Below, in pieces: positions 8,445-18,226 of a DNA stretch of 64,000 nucleotides (positions are counted from its first letter, which is position 1; every line of letters starts with the position of its first letter). A program made the position numbers and the translations under genes. Where the stretch lies: the IMG/VR virus record IMGVR_UViG_3300044701_001468. One strand, 5' to 3'. The notes under the pieces were generated by a model. The model did not search any database. It was given only the letters and a program-made list of their open reading frames with translations, and was not told where the DNA came from. Origin of the DNA: a virus.

Positions 8445-10592
8445 TTATCTACCGACAACTTCAGAGAAAGTCACGCCAGTGCGGGTGGCAACAAATGTAA
8501 TGGTAATGTAGTTGATAGATCTTGTAGGTTGTACATAAACTTCAGCGACAAATTCATTTCTGTCGATTACATCTGCAGTGTTGTTTGTTTCATCGCAAAC
8601 AACCAAGAAGTCAGTGACTCCTCTCTTTGCTTTAACTTCCGCCATATATGAATTCACTGCGTTGAAGAATTGTCCTCTTGTTTGTGAATCATTTAATTCG
8701 AAGAGAACATTTTTCGCTAGTTGATTTACTCTCTTTTCAATCGAGAGGAAGAGACGACGAACATTGATTCTGTCAAAAGCACTTGGAGTTGCTAAAGCAG
8801 TCTTATCGCCAAATAGAACTACGCCTTGTCCAGGGAAGGAAGCAATTGGGTTAATTCTCTTTTGGTATAGTTTGTCTCTATCTGTTTTTGTTGGAGTGTA
8901 TGCTAACTTAACTGCACTCTTTAGATTTCCTCTTTGAGTACCAGCTGGTGAATACCAATCTTCTAAAGTTGCTGAAGTTTGAACACATAAACCAGCAACG
9001 TCTCCGTTACATGGAATGTATCTGTATGTGTCAGCAAATCTATCATAGATGTACTTATATCCACTATCAAAAACTGCATATGAGGTGCTGGTTCCTACAC
9101 TATTGAAGAATGTGATGATGTCATCTCTTTGAGCAGTTGACGAAGAGAGACCAACAAATCCATTATGTGGAGAAACGAATGCTACACAATCTTTTCTATT
9201 TGCGGCAATAGAAATGACTTTCTGTGATTTTGTTACTTGGTCTGCTTCAACAGCAAGACTTCCACCAGTTAGAATGAAATCAACTTCTACTTCTTCCGTA
9301 TCAGCAAAAAGATCGAATGAAGTATTGATGGTAGAAACTGTAGTTGTATATGCATCAACTCCACCAGTCATAACTAGAGAACCACTCGATCCGAGTGCCC
9401 CACCGCCAGCATAAATGTATGCTGATTTGTTTTTGATGACATCAATATAATATCTAGAAGCACCTTGAGTGTCTTTAGCAGATGAGGTGCGTGAAAGATA
9501 TAAGAAACTTTCTAAAATTAATCCTGTTGAATCTAAAACAATAACATGTAAATCATCTGCTGTGGAAGATCCAGTGGTTGGACTTGCTGGTTGAGCAGCA
9601 ACTGATGACCATAGTGAAGAAGTTCCGCCAATGGTTACGCTGTCATATGATGCTACACTACCATCAATCCAGGCAACTCTAATATCATTGGACCAAGTTC
9701 CAGGAGTGCGAGAAGCAAATTTCCAAGTATACCCTGAAAAACCAGACTCGTAATTTTGTAGAGACTTGATTGTTGGAGCAGCAATGCCAGTGGTTGTTAC
9801 TCTAGGATATACTTCCGAAAGAGTAGTTGTTGTAGCAGTAGCAGCAAACGTTAATACGGTTGCTGTGATTGTTGAAGTTGGTTGTGCTGCAGCGGTTGTT
9901 CCTAATTGACCACGAGTTACAACAATATCTGATCCTTCAGCATCGGTAATTAAAACAATTTCAGTCGTAGAATCTACGTTGTTAGTAATTTTTACATATG
10001 ATCCGACGTTGAATCCAGATCCACCAGTAAGAGTAAAAATGTTTTCTGTAGAATCTAGAGCTTCGTTAACAACTGTTGTGGTCGCTGAATCGGCATAATT
10101 CCACTTGGTAACCGTTGCTCCACTAGCATGATTAGCAGCGGATGAACCAAGTTGTGCTCTGGTAACCGTTAAGTTTTCTGCTCCTGTAGTTGATTTTGCG
10201 GTAACAGCAAAATATTCGGAGTCAACTTTTACGATATCTCCAACTGTAAATGGATCTGCATCTGCAACATATAATTTTGTTGCGTCAGTAACTTGAGATC
10301 CATTCTCAGTGACGGCATTTTTTAATGCGGTATCGTCAACACGAACAACATTAAGTTGACCGCCGTAAGAAAGGAAAGTTGAAGCAACAAACCAATCTTC
10401 GTAATTATTGTTATTTGGGGCACCGAATGTTTCTAAGAGTTCTCTTTCTGTTGTGATATTGGTAATAACTCCTACTGGTCCTTTTGCAAAACTGCCAACA
10501 AATGCAGCTGTGTTTGCTTGAGATCCTACGATAGTAGAAGCAGTTAAATCACGCTCTCTTAGAACAATTCCAGGTGATACTTGACCTGCCAT
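8445..10592 (-). CDS. gp18: Tail sheath protein gp18 with inserted domains
   Basis: SPGIVLRERDL, YIPCNGDVAGLC, FDRINVRRLF, NEFVAEVYVQPTRSINYITITFVATRTG. Confidence 0.95.
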   Translation of the reverse strand: MAGQVSPGIVLRERDLTASTIVGSQANTAAFVGSFAKGPVGVITNITTERELLETFGAPNNNNYEDWFVASTFLSYGGQLNVVRVDDTALKNAVTENGSQVTDATKLYVADADPFTVGDIVKVDSEYFAVTAKSTTGAENLTVTRAQLGSSAANHASGATVTKWNYADSATTTVVNEALDSTENIFTLTGGSGFNVGSYVKITNNVDSTTEIVLITDAEGSDIVVTRGQLGTTAAAQPTSTITATVLTFAATATTTTLSEVYPRVTTTGIAAPTIKSLQNYESGFSGYTWKFASRTPGTWSNDIRVAWIDGSVASYDSVTIGGTSSLWSSVAAQPASPTTGSSTADDLHVIVLDSTGLILESFLYLSRTSSAKDTQGASRYYIDVIKNKSAYIYAGGGALGSSGSLVMTGGVDAYTTTVSTINTSFDLFADTEEVEVDFILTGGSLAVEADQVTKSQKVISIAANRKDCVAFVSPHNGFVGLSSSTAQRDDIITFFNSVGTSTSYAVFDSGYKYIYDRFADTYRYIPCNGDVAGLCVQTSATLEDWYSPAGTQRGNLKSAVKLAYTPTKTDRDKLYQKRINPIASFPGQGVVLFGDKTALATPSAFDRINVRRLFLSIEKRVNQLAKNVLFELNDSQTRGQFFNAVNSYMAEVKAKRGVTDFLVVCDETNNTADVIDRNEFVAEVYVQPTRSINYITITFVATRTGVTFSEVVGR

Positions 10593-10635
10593 GTTTCTCT
10601 CCTCGATGAAATTAGTTCATTTTTTTAACTACAAA

Positions 10636-10643
10636 TATTTATG
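10636..10643 (-). promoter_or_regulatory. T4 late-type promoter (CATAAATA) for gp18-gp19
   Basis: Motif 43 nt upstream of the gp18 start; GAGGAGAG ribosome binding site follows. Confidence 0.6.
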
Positions 10644-10683
10644 AAAATGTTTATTTCAAATGGGGAAACAATGCATGAACAAA

Positions 10684-10911
10684 TTACCAGTCAGGATATT
10701 CCCACACGATTGGGTTCTTACCCTTTCTATTATTAGTAATTCTTTTTATGGTGCAATCCTTACACTCGTATGAATAAGAAGAAAGTAGATATTTTTTTGG
10801 TTTTCTAGTGATATAAAAATCAGTCATGACATCTTTTGTTTCGCCACAAACTCTACAAGTTCTTTCTCGAAACAATAAATGCTCTAATGAAAACTGATCT
10901 TCTAAATCCAT
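10684..10911 (-). CDS. Small CxxC...CxxC zinc-ribbon protein (about 75 aa)
   Basis: CRVC...CKDC; likely start at 10911 in a TAATG overlap with the gp17 stop (the ORF track starts further upstream). Confidence 0.6.
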   Translation of the reverse strand: MDLEDQFSLEHLLFRERTCRVCGETKDVMTDFYITRKPKKYLLSSYSYECKDCTIKRITNNRKGKNPIVWEYPDW

Positions 10912-12572
10912 TAGTATCCCAACATATATTCTACATCTGCATATGGATTTCCGTATCCATCTGTATACCAAACATTTCCATCTTCGTCTATTATTTTCTC
11001 TTCTTCATCCAATCCATCTGATATAAATCCGAAGGGAGCCATATCTTGTTCAATTTGATTCTTTTGTTCGTCGTAGATTCTTTTGCGAACATCGTTGTCA
11101 GTCATCTCCCTAAAATAAGGTTGAACCGCTAACCACGCAAAGATAACTAGACACATTACTAGGTCATCATTAAAACCATCATCCGCTTCAAATGATTGAT
11201 TCTTCTGAATAAATGTAGTCAATTCGCTGATAATCTCATAATCTGGTATAATAAGTTTGTCATCTTCAATCAGTGTTTTTAAGTTAGAGCATCCAACTTT
11301 TTTTGTCACTTTAGACATCTTTAAACCAAGTTGAGATTTGGTGCCAGAGAAACCTTGCCCGACAATTTGCCCAGCTCTTCCTCTCATCGCACACATCAAG
11401 ATGTTTGGATACTCTAAGTCATAGTGGAGGATGTTTCCAACCTGCTCACCAATGTCATTCACTTCAATTAGTATATAGCATTTGTTATAATTTCTAGCAA
11501 CTTGATCTATGATATTTGGAAATAGAATAGGTTTAATTTCATTGTTTCGATACTTAGCAACAATCTTCCAAGGCAGTGTAGTTACATCAAATACTACAAA
11601 TGCCGAGAAGTCATTATTGGTTCCTCTAGAAACATCGACCGTCATAATATAATCACGATCTTTCTTTGCTTCTTCGTAAACTTTCAATCCCTTACCATTA
11701 TCTTGGATTGGATCGTCGTATGCTAATGCTCTGAGTTTAGCAGCAGAGATAAGAGTATCAACCGAACCTAAGAACTCGCATTCAAACTCCTGTGTAAATT
11801 GCCTCTCAGAGGTGTTTCTAATCGTCTCCTGCTTCCATGCCTCATCTCTGCCAGGAACTGCACTCCAATGCACTTCTAGGGGCACGTAGCCGTTCCTGCC
11901 GCGCTCTGCGTCGTGCCACAGCTTGTAGAACATATTCATACCCTGTGGGGTAGAAATGATAATAACCTTTGTGGTCTTACCTGACGAGATAGTAGGATAC
12001 ACAGAGCTAAAGAACTGCTCTGCCATGTGGTTGGGAACGAACGCAAACTCGTCAAGGAAGATGATGTTGAAAGAGTTTCCTCTAACGGCGCTAGAAGACG
12101 TTGAGGCAGCGATGATCTTAGATCCGTTATCTAGTTCCAAAGAACCTTTGTTCCATGCTACAATGCCTTGCTGCATCCACTTAGGAAGGTTCTCATACGC
12201 AAGTTGTAAACGTGAAAGGAGTTCCCTTGACGTTTCTGCTTTGTTTGCTAGAATAGCAATCTTAATGTTGTCGTTGAAAACCGCGTAATGAAGCAGATAT
12301 GAAATAACAGTTGTAGATTTTCCCGTCTGTCTAGGAAGTTTAGCTATGTTAAAACGATTTTCATGAAAGTTTTGAATCATCTTTTCCTGAAAATCATACA
12401 TCTTGAAAGGAACTAGACCTTCATCAAGTGAAATAATTTTGACATAGTTCTTCGCAAAATGTACAGGATCATCCTTACATCTAATAAACTCCTCAATCTG
12501 TTTCTTGGTAAATGATATAGGAGTATTCGCTTTTTTTAAATTAGGATTACCAAGATATACATTATCACTCAT
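10911..12572 (-). CDS. gp17: Terminase large subunit gp17
   Basis: YLGNPNLKK, PRQTGKSTT Walker A, FLDEFAF Walker B, DVSRG nuclease Asp, NDDLVMCL. Confidence 0.97.
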   Translation of the reverse strand: MSDNVYLGNPNLKKANTPISFTKKQIEEFIRCKDDPVHFAKNYVKIISLDEGLVPFKMYDFQEKMIQNFHENRFNIAKLPRQTGKSTTVISYLLHYAVFNDNIKIAILANKAETSRELLSRLQLAYENLPKWMQQGIVAWNKGSLELDNGSKIIAASTSSSAVRGNSFNIIFLDEFAFVPNHMAEQFFSSVYPTISSGKTTKVIIISTPQGMNMFYKLWHDAERGRNGYVPLEVHWSAVPGRDEAWKQETIRNTSERQFTQEFECEFLGSVDTLISAAKLRALAYDDPIQDNGKGLKVYEEAKKDRDYIMTVDVSRGTNNDFSAFVVFDVTTLPWKIVAKYRNNEIKPILFPNIIDQVARNYNKCYILIEVNDIGEQVGNILHYDLEYPNILMCAMRGRAGQIVGQGFSGTKSQLGLKMSKVTKKVGCSNLKTLIEDDKLIIPDYEIISELTTFIQKNQSFEADDGFNDDLVMCLVIFAWLAVQPYFREMTDNDVRKRIYDEQKNQIEQDMAPFGFISDGLDEEEKIIDEDGNVWYTDGYGNPYADVEYMLGY

Positions 12573-12798
12573 TTGCTCTTCTAATATCCTTTTCGATTTC
12601 TTCCATGCTATTTAATCTCTTTTCCCACCCATCACCTTTCGTGGTTCCCTTTGCTGGATTGATGCAAGTATCATCACCAAACTTATCACAAACCAAAGAA
12701 GCGAGCTCAGTTTCATTCCCCTTCTTATTAGTGCCAGCCCAGAAGTGTTGACCTCCAATCCAGCAAGCCCCACACTTAGGGCAGGTTTTAGTATCCAT
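12565..12798 (-). CDS. Hypothetical Cys-rich protein (77 aa)
   Basis: CPKC...C...C; overlaps the gp17 start and has its own sigma70-like promoter. Confidence 0.7.
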   Translation of the reverse strand: MDTKTCPKCGACWIGGQHFWAGTNKKGNETELASLVCDKFGDDTCINPAKGTTKGDGWEKRLNSMEEIEKDIRRANE

Positions 12799-12825
12799 TG
12801 AGTCTTACCTTGATACGGTAATGAT

Positions 12826-12877
12826 ATTATATAGGTAAACCTTGTATCGTCAAGTTACAATTTACACAAATTTGTGT
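12826..12877 (-). promoter_or_regulatory. Host sigma70-type promoter with upstream palindrome
   Basis: TTGACG (12848-12853), 16-bp spacer, TATAAT (12826-12831); perfect 14-bp palindrome ACACAAATTTGTGT at 12864-12877. Confidence 0.6.
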
Positions 12878-13605
12878 CAGCAATTCCACGCACGAAGAGA
12901 TTTATTAATGCGTGAATCTGGATCACTTGCTGTTTTTTTAGAAGTTAACTTTGCTTTCATACCTTTCATGCGGGCACAAAAACTTTTTCTGCGAGGATTG
13001 CCAACTTTCTTTGAAGGTGCTTTAAGATCGCTTCCAGGATTCTCACGCTCGTAAGATTTTCTTCCTTTTTCATTCAGACCACCTTCTGAATTCTTACCAG
13101 ACTTTTTTGTCCAAGCAGCCCCCTCAGCAACATACTCTTCATTCTTGCTGCTCATATAATCAGCAGCAGTGTCGATATAATCAGCGGCAAGAGTGACCTT
13201 AGACTGAACCCAACCAGGAAGTTGCATCTTTGGATCTTGAACTACTGAGCGAAGACGAGTTACTGCATTCTCGATAGTATCAAGTTGACTCATAATCATT
13301 CCACCTTCGTCATCGATCTCTTTACCCATGGCAACAGCGATATGATTCTCGCAGATCTGACGCATCTCTTTGACAGTTCTTTTCTTTTTGTGTTGTGCTT
13401 TTAGTTCTTTTTCCATCTTAAGTAAGTGAGTGTAGTAATCTGGGAATTCATCTAAATGCTGAAGAGCGATACCATATGCTTCTTCGTGTGTGGTAACATG
13501 CTCGCGTTCTACAGTTGAACCAACTTCTGCCTGTTTAATAATAGTCTCAACAGACACACCATGCTTCTTGGCAATTTCTTTTTCTGTAGGAACTCTTTTT
13601 TTCAT
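12877..13605 (-). CDS. Modular hypothetical protein (DUF5661-like N-terminus, basic DUF6321-like C-terminus)
   Basis: VEREH...IALQHLDEFPDYY and AAWTKKSGKNSEGGLNEKGR...RINKSLRAWNC blocks recalled from phage proteins; start set at the TAATG overlap at 13605. Confidence 0.6.
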   Translation of the reverse strand: MKKRVPTEKEIAKKHGVSVETIIKQAEVGSTVEREHVTTHEEAYGIALQHLDEFPDYYTHLLKMEKELKAQHKKKRTVKEMRQICENHIAVAMGKEIDDEGGMIMSQLDTIENAVTRLRSVVQDPKMQLPGWVQSKVTLAADYIDTAADYMSSKNEEYVAEGAAWTKKSGKNSEGGLNEKGRKSYERENPGSDLKAPSKKVGNPRRKSFCARMKGMKAKLTSKKTASDPDSRINKSLRAWNC

Positions 13606-14969
13606 TAGTAAATCTCCCTCCATTGAAGACCTGCTCTGATTGTTCCAGCGTTATTACCCATGTTCGTTACCAATACAACATATACTTCAGATGAACTTGA
13701 GTCAAAATTCTGAACGATAATGTTTTTCTTTGCTGCTGAAATAGAACCTGTTGAAGCAGATCCTAAAGAGTTCTGTGAAGAACCAGCAGTCACATAACCA
13801 CCAAATAAGACATCAGCATCTGCTGCTGTATAACCAGTAGCACCTACAGAATATTGAACTCCACTATCAGCATCAACATCAGTCCAAGCAAGTGTTCCTG
13901 CCAAACTTGCTTCACTGGGAAGTTTAGCAATTTGAAATGCCATCGTTTCGCCAGTTGGATACAGAGCAATATTATTTAACTTGACGGAAATTCTATTTGG
14001 ATAAGATTGGAATGTATTTTTCAAACGAATTTCTAATACTGGTAGAGTGGAACCTGCGCTAACTGCTCTTGATGCTGTCATCAAATGCATAAAGTCAATG
14101 CCACTTTCTGTGTATCCACCTTCTGACATCACGGTGGAACAAATCTGATCCATCGAACCACCAGAAGTTGTGCCTGTGTTTAAGATCTCACATCTTACTG
14201 GAAGGTTTGGATTAGACATATAAACTTCTGATAGCACATTCGAGCAGTAGTATTCATGTGCTAAAATAATCTGTCCGTTATGAACAAATCCACAGCGAAT
14301 TCTACCAACTCCAAGCCACTGGAAGTCAATATAAACCAGTTGAGTTTTTGATGTGTTGATATTGAACTTAGAAGGACCAGTTCCATCACAAGGATCAATA
14401 CTCCATTCTGATTGTGGAACTCTTCTCTTGTAGGTTCCCACTGTCTCTTCACTAGCACTACCGCCAGCATAGGAACGAACTACAAAGTTGAGTGTGCCGT
14501 TGGTTGTGCCGTTGGAAGTTCCATTTCCAACTTGCTCGAAGTAAATGCCATCTCTGTCATCAAAATATCCAGTTCTCTTGGTTACATTCTGTTGGGCGTA
14601 ACCAAAGCATACCGAACTAAAGATAACTTGTGATTTACCTGGCTGGTAATGATGATAAAACTTTGTTTGGTGAGCAGCACTCGAAGCAACATTAGATGTT
14701 GTTGTCATCCTAGCACATGCTTTATTCACGTCATATTGAATAGTAGCACCATTCAATGTTCTATTGTTGAAGTTAGGGTCAATAGCATAGAGATGCTTGT
14801 AATCACCTAGAGTAAATGTCTCGGCAACTCTCAAACGACCAAAGGCATCAACAGCAGTCGCACCAGTTCCAGCAGTAAGATTACCGAAGTTATCGGCAAT
14901 CATGACTACCTCAAAGTTTGTTTTTTCCTGGGGCAGGAAATCTTCGTAGTGTTTACTATACTGTGCCAT
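13605..14969 (-). CDS. Hypothetical protein, probably virion-associated (454 aa)
   Basis: Long ORF, Gly/Ser/Thr-rich and beta-prone, inside the late cluster between gp16 and gp17. Confidence 0.7.
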   Translation of the reverse strand: MAQYSKHYEDFLPQEKTNFEVVMIADNFGNLTAGTGATAVDAFGRLRVAETFTLGDYKHLYAIDPNFNNRTLNGATIQYDVNKACARMTTTSNVASSAAHQTKFYHHYQPGKSQVIFSSVCFGYAQQNVTKRTGYFDDRDGIYFEQVGNGTSNGTTNGTLNFVVRSYAGGSASEETVGTYKRRVPQSEWSIDPCDGTGPSKFNINTSKTQLVYIDFQWLGVGRIRCGFVHNGQIILAHEYYCSNVLSEVYMSNPNLPVRCEILNTGTTSGGSMDQICSTVMSEGGYTESGIDFMHLMTASRAVSAGSTLPVLEIRLKNTFQSYPNRISVKLNNIALYPTGETMAFQIAKLPSEASLAGTLAWTDVDADSGVQYSVGATGYTAADADVLFGGYVTAGSSQNSLGSASTGSISAAKKNIIVQNFDSSSSEVYVVLVTNMGNNAGTIRAGLQWREIY

Positions 14970-15214
14970 TAGATTGAATACGCGACTTTAACTGCTTTGA
15001 ATGCCGCGCCTCCTTCTAGTGTGTCTGTTGGTTCTTTTTCTACATAAGCAACTTCGTTTGCTGCCATTGTAAAACTACCGATCGTAGCGCCAGCAGAATC
15101 CTTACGAGTAACTAGTGCTGCTGTACTGGTATTTAAAACCCTAACAACAGTTGCTGAGTCAACATTAGTAGCTGATGTAAGCGTTGTTTCCGCCGCCAAT
15201 ACTTTGAGTGCCAT
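14969..15214 (-). CDS. Hypothetical protein (81 aa)
   Basis: TAATG-coupled to the next ORF; downstream of a late promoter. Confidence 0.65.
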   Translation of the reverse strand: MALKVLAAETTLTSATNVDSATVVRVLNTSTAALVTRKDSAGATIGSFTMAANEVAYVEKEPTDTLEGGAAFKAVKVAYSI

Positions 15215-15233
15215 GATACTTCCGTTTATTTAA

Positions 15234-15241
15234 TATTTATT
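15234..15241 (-). promoter_or_regulatory. T4 late-type promoter (AATAAATA)
   Basis: Overlaps the gp16 stop, 19 nt upstream of the 81-aa ORF. Confidence 0.55.
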
Positions 15242-15659
15242 CTTCTTCAACCTTTCCTTTCTTCAATAGTAATTGAAGGTCAGCAGTGGTTCCAAAGAAC
15301 ATGTTATTTGTTACGTTGCCATTGATAGCAGCAGATTTTTTATCAACCTTTTCGAGGTCTTTGATTTTCTTTTGAAGGTCAATAAGTTTATCTGTCATGT
15401 CTGCCGTTTGCTTAATAAAGTTACCAGCAACCTCATAAGCTCTTGGATGATTGCTTTCTCGTGCTAAGTCAAGCACATCGTTGATTGCCTCTTGTGCTTT
15501 ATCAATCAGATTGTATAGTTGACCTCTAGTATACTGATAATCTTTATCAGCATCTTCAGAGATCTCACTTCCCATTTGTTTAATCATTTCAGTTTTTGCT
15601 TCTATAGGTGATACATCAATATCAAAAATTTCTTCCATGTTATCTTCAAATTTACTCAT
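15237..15659 (-). CDS. gp16: Terminase small subunit gp16
   Basis: DYQYTRGQLY, HPRAYEVAG, NNMFFGTTADLQ. Confidence 0.88.
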   Translation of the reverse strand: MSKFEDNMEEIFDIDVSPIEAKTEMIKQMGSEISEDADKDYQYTRGQLYNLIDKAQEAINDVLDLARESNHPRAYEVAGNFIKQTADMTDKLIDLQKKIKDLEKVDKKSAAINGNVTNNMFFGTTADLQLLLKKGKVEEE

Positions 15660-16453
15660 AGCAATTCAATACCCTCGTTGAATCCAAAGTCATCTCCTGG
15701 CATCAGAAGTAGATCATCATTTGCATCGATATCGTTGTCGCCATCTTGGTCAGTCAATGCCTTTGGAGTTACATCGTAACGTAGGGCTCTCTTATGTTCA
15801 TTAAAATCACCAAGAGTTTCAAATACTGTTGCCTTGCGAATAATTTGTGCATCACTAACTGGACCATACATATAAGTTTTGAGTGTAAAATCTAATGTAT
15901 ACGTGATTGCTCTTCTACGCATCATATCATCTTCATAATCATCTTCGTAATTAATATTATTTAAAATAATTGGAAGATCTTTTTTCTCATCCATTTCTGG
16001 AATGAGATTAACTGTTACGTTGAATGATGGTTGAAAGAATGGTAGAATCTGTTCTAAAATCTGTAACGCATCATCTTGGTTCTTTGAAAGAATTGCTAGT
16101 TCAAAGTTAAGATTGTATGGAACTGGCATGTACTGAACTTTTACAGCATCAGTACCACTTTGCTTCAAGTACTTTTGAATAGGTGATGTTTTTCTTTGTG
16201 CATCATAAGTGATCCCAGTCATCTCAAAAGAGATGCGAGGCATTGTAATGCTAACCTTACGCTCAGTGCTTGGATCTTGATCTAGGCGAGCAAGAAACTT
16301 ACTTTTGGGACCATAGGCAAGAGCTACCTTTTCCTGTCGAATTACAGCGCCAGTATCTGGATCTTTCTTCTCAATTTGAATATTGTTGAAGATAGTTCCG
16401 AATGCCTTTACATTCTTTTTAATAATTTCGTGATAAAAATGATTTCCTAACAT
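15656..16453 (-). CDS. gp15: Tail terminator / sheath stabiliser gp15
   Basis: FYHEII...AFGTIFNNI, LAYGPKSKF, MPRISFE, QILEQILPFFQP. Confidence 0.92.
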   Translation of the reverse strand: MLGNHFYHEIIKKNVKAFGTIFNNIQIEKKDPDTGAVIRQEKVALAYGPKSKFLARLDQDPSTERKVSITMPRISFEMTGITYDAQRKTSPIQKYLKQSGTDAVKVQYMPVPYNLNFELAILSKNQDDALQILEQILPFFQPSFNVTVNLIPEMDEKKDLPIILNNINYEDDYEDDMMRRRAITYTLDFTLKTYMYGPVSDAQIIRKATVFETLGDFNEHKRALRYDVTPKALTDQDGDNDIDANDDLLLMPGDDFGFNEGIELL

Positions 16454-17349
16454 TAGAATACTCCCATATCTCCATATTCACCAAATGGATTACCCTCGGT
16501 GAAATCAAGGATAGCATCTGCTTTGGTTTCTAATACTTTATTTTGATCGTTATCGTAGTTATCAATCTCAAACTCAATTGTGGAGAATGAATCTATGACC
16601 CAAGAAGCACCGCTATCTTGTCCTACTAGAGGAACGTTCTGTTGTAATACTCCATTTATATATGTTAAACGAAGTTTACGACTTGCTGGTAACCACTCAG
16701 CAACAGTTGCTTTTGTTGTAACTGCAGAACCATCGACAATAAAAGTCTGTTCTACTTCTTCACCCGCTATATAAGTGCCAGTTCCACCAACCTTAACAAA
16801 TGCTGGAAATACATGAGACTCTTGTGTGAGATCATCAATAAGTGGATCGCCAGTATTGAAGTAGTTGTCGGCATTCTCGATGAGTTCGCAAGTTAAAGAA
16901 AAAATATAATTTTTTCCTAACTGATAAAAAGGAACTTCTCTTTCAACAAATTTAATCTCATAAAGATTTTTTGTCATTGGAACATATAAAAGATCTCCTT
17001 CATTTGGTCTATTAGGAACTCTTGTATCAATCTCTGTTTCTACATAGTTGATCCATCTTCTTTTGGATACAGCATATGTAATTTCATCAGATAATCTGAG
17101 ACCAAACTTAGACATTGCAACAGCACCAGAACCACCAAAACCTTCTACGTTAATTAACATCATCTCGATCATTACCTTATCTTCAAATTTAGATAAGATA
17201 ACATCGTTGAGTGTTTTATCAATCAACATAGTTTTTGGCACGTAGATAACATCTTGACCGAACAATTGTATCTGTTCGTCAACTAAATCTTGAATGAGCG
17301 TTTGCTCGTTGTCTGTTCCGCCAAATTGTGTGAAGTATTGACTTTTCAT
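16453..17349 (-). CDS. gp14: Neck protein gp14
   Basis: EQTLIQDLVDEQI, SKFGL, RPNEGDLLY, PFYQLGKNY, DFTEGNPFG. Confidence 0.92.
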   Translation of the reverse strand: MKSQYFTQFGGTDNEQTLIQDLVDEQIQLFGQDVIYVPKTMLIDKTLNDVILSKFEDKVMIEMMLINVEGFGGSGAVAMSKFGLRLSDEITYAVSKRRWINYVETEIDTRVPNRPNEGDLLYVPMTKNLYEIKFVEREVPFYQLGKNYIFSLTCELIENADNYFNTGDPLIDDLTQESHVFPAFVKVGGTGTYIAGEEVEQTFIVDGSAVTTKATVAEWLPASRKLRLTYINGVLQQNVPLVGQDSGASWVIDSFSTIEFEIDNYDNDQNKVLETKADAILDFTEGNPFGEYGDMGVF

Positions 17350-18161
17350 TATCCGATAGCATCCATTGGTGGAATCTCGTAATCAGAAATCATCTTGCTT
17401 TCAATCTCCGCAATCTCTCTAATGGCATCTTCATAGATCTGACGACCATTATACGAGACACCACCAGGAAGTTGAACGCCATTAAACTTGATTAAATTCT
17501 GCCCCCACTGACGTTTGAAGAGAGCAGTTACATATCTCTTCAACCAAAAATCATTCCAAATTTTTGTTAAGTTTGTTGGATCTAATGCTCTATAACAATC
17601 AATAATAAAAATTTTTCCTTCGGTCATTAATGTGGCATCATAATCAATATAGAGTTTTCCATTTCTTTTGGTGAATCTATACTGAACAATTGAACCAGTA
17701 TTGAGTACCATGTCTAGTGTCTCAATATATGTTTTGGTCATATAGTAATTTAAAATGTCAATAGAACCAAAAGCATACAAGTCGTTCAGGAAGATTTGAT
17801 ACTCAATACCAAATAGGTCTCCTCTGATGCTACTTGATGTTAATCCAAAAATTCTTTCGATACCAATGATGTGATCTGGTAGTTGTAGATAGTTATTTCT
17901 TTCAGTAAACGTTGTTCCGTCTGAAGATGTATGAGTGGTGTTTGTTGATTTAAAACGTGTAATATCAGCAGATGTCATTGTGTGCTTGAGATACATTCTC
18001 TCAGCACCATCAAAATGACGTTCTTGAAAATATTGTAATGCTTCGTCAATACGATCTTCTAGTTGCGAATCAGCAACGTTAATTTGAAGAACGGGCGAAC
18101 CAAGTTCACGCAAACAATATTGTTTTAATTCTTCTCTCGTTGCTGGTTTTGTTGCCGACAT
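17349..18161 (-). CDS. gp13: Neck protein gp13
   Basis: KPATREELKQYCLRELG, IDEALQYFQERHFDG, KRQWGQNLIKF, LPGG. Confidence 0.93.
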   Translation of the reverse strand: MSATKPATREELKQYCLRELGSPVLQINVADSQLEDRIDEALQYFQERHFDGAERMYLKHTMTSADITRFKSTNTTHTSSDGTTFTERNNYLQLPDHIIGIERIFGLTSSSIRGDLFGIEYQIFLNDLYAFGSIDILNYYMTKTYIETLDMVLNTGSIVQYRFTKRNGKLYIDYDATLMTEGKIFIIDCYRALDPTNLTKIWNDFWLKRYVTALFKRQWGQNLIKFNGVQLPGGVSYNGRQIYEDAIREIAEIESKMISDYEIPPMDAIG

Positions 18162-18174
18162 TTACCAGTCCTAT

Positions 18175-18207
18175 AAAAAATCCCTACATGTATTTAGCAT
18201 GTAGGGA
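18175..18207 (-). terminator. Hairpin plus U-tract upstream of gp13; the loop carries CTAAATA
   Basis: 10-bp perfect stem TCCCTACATG/CATGTAGGGA, 7-nt loop, T6 on the minus strand. Confidence 0.7.
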
Positions 18208-18218
18208 CATTGGGTGCC

Positions 18219-18226
18219 TATTTATA
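18219..18226 (-). promoter_or_regulatory. Consensus T4 late promoter TATAAATA
   Basis: Exact consensus just after the stop of the 65-aa ORF. Confidence 0.7.

Noticed and set aside
77-12572. Introns, inteins or homing endonucleases in uvsW, gp23, gp20 or gp17
   Set aside because: The ORFs are continuous and of normal length; the CxxC mini-ORF after gp17 has no recognisable HNH or GIY-YIG catalytic motif
12850-12870. NtcA site upstream of the sigma70-like promoter
   Set aside because: The best match, GTG-N8-AAC, has a mismatch in both half-sites
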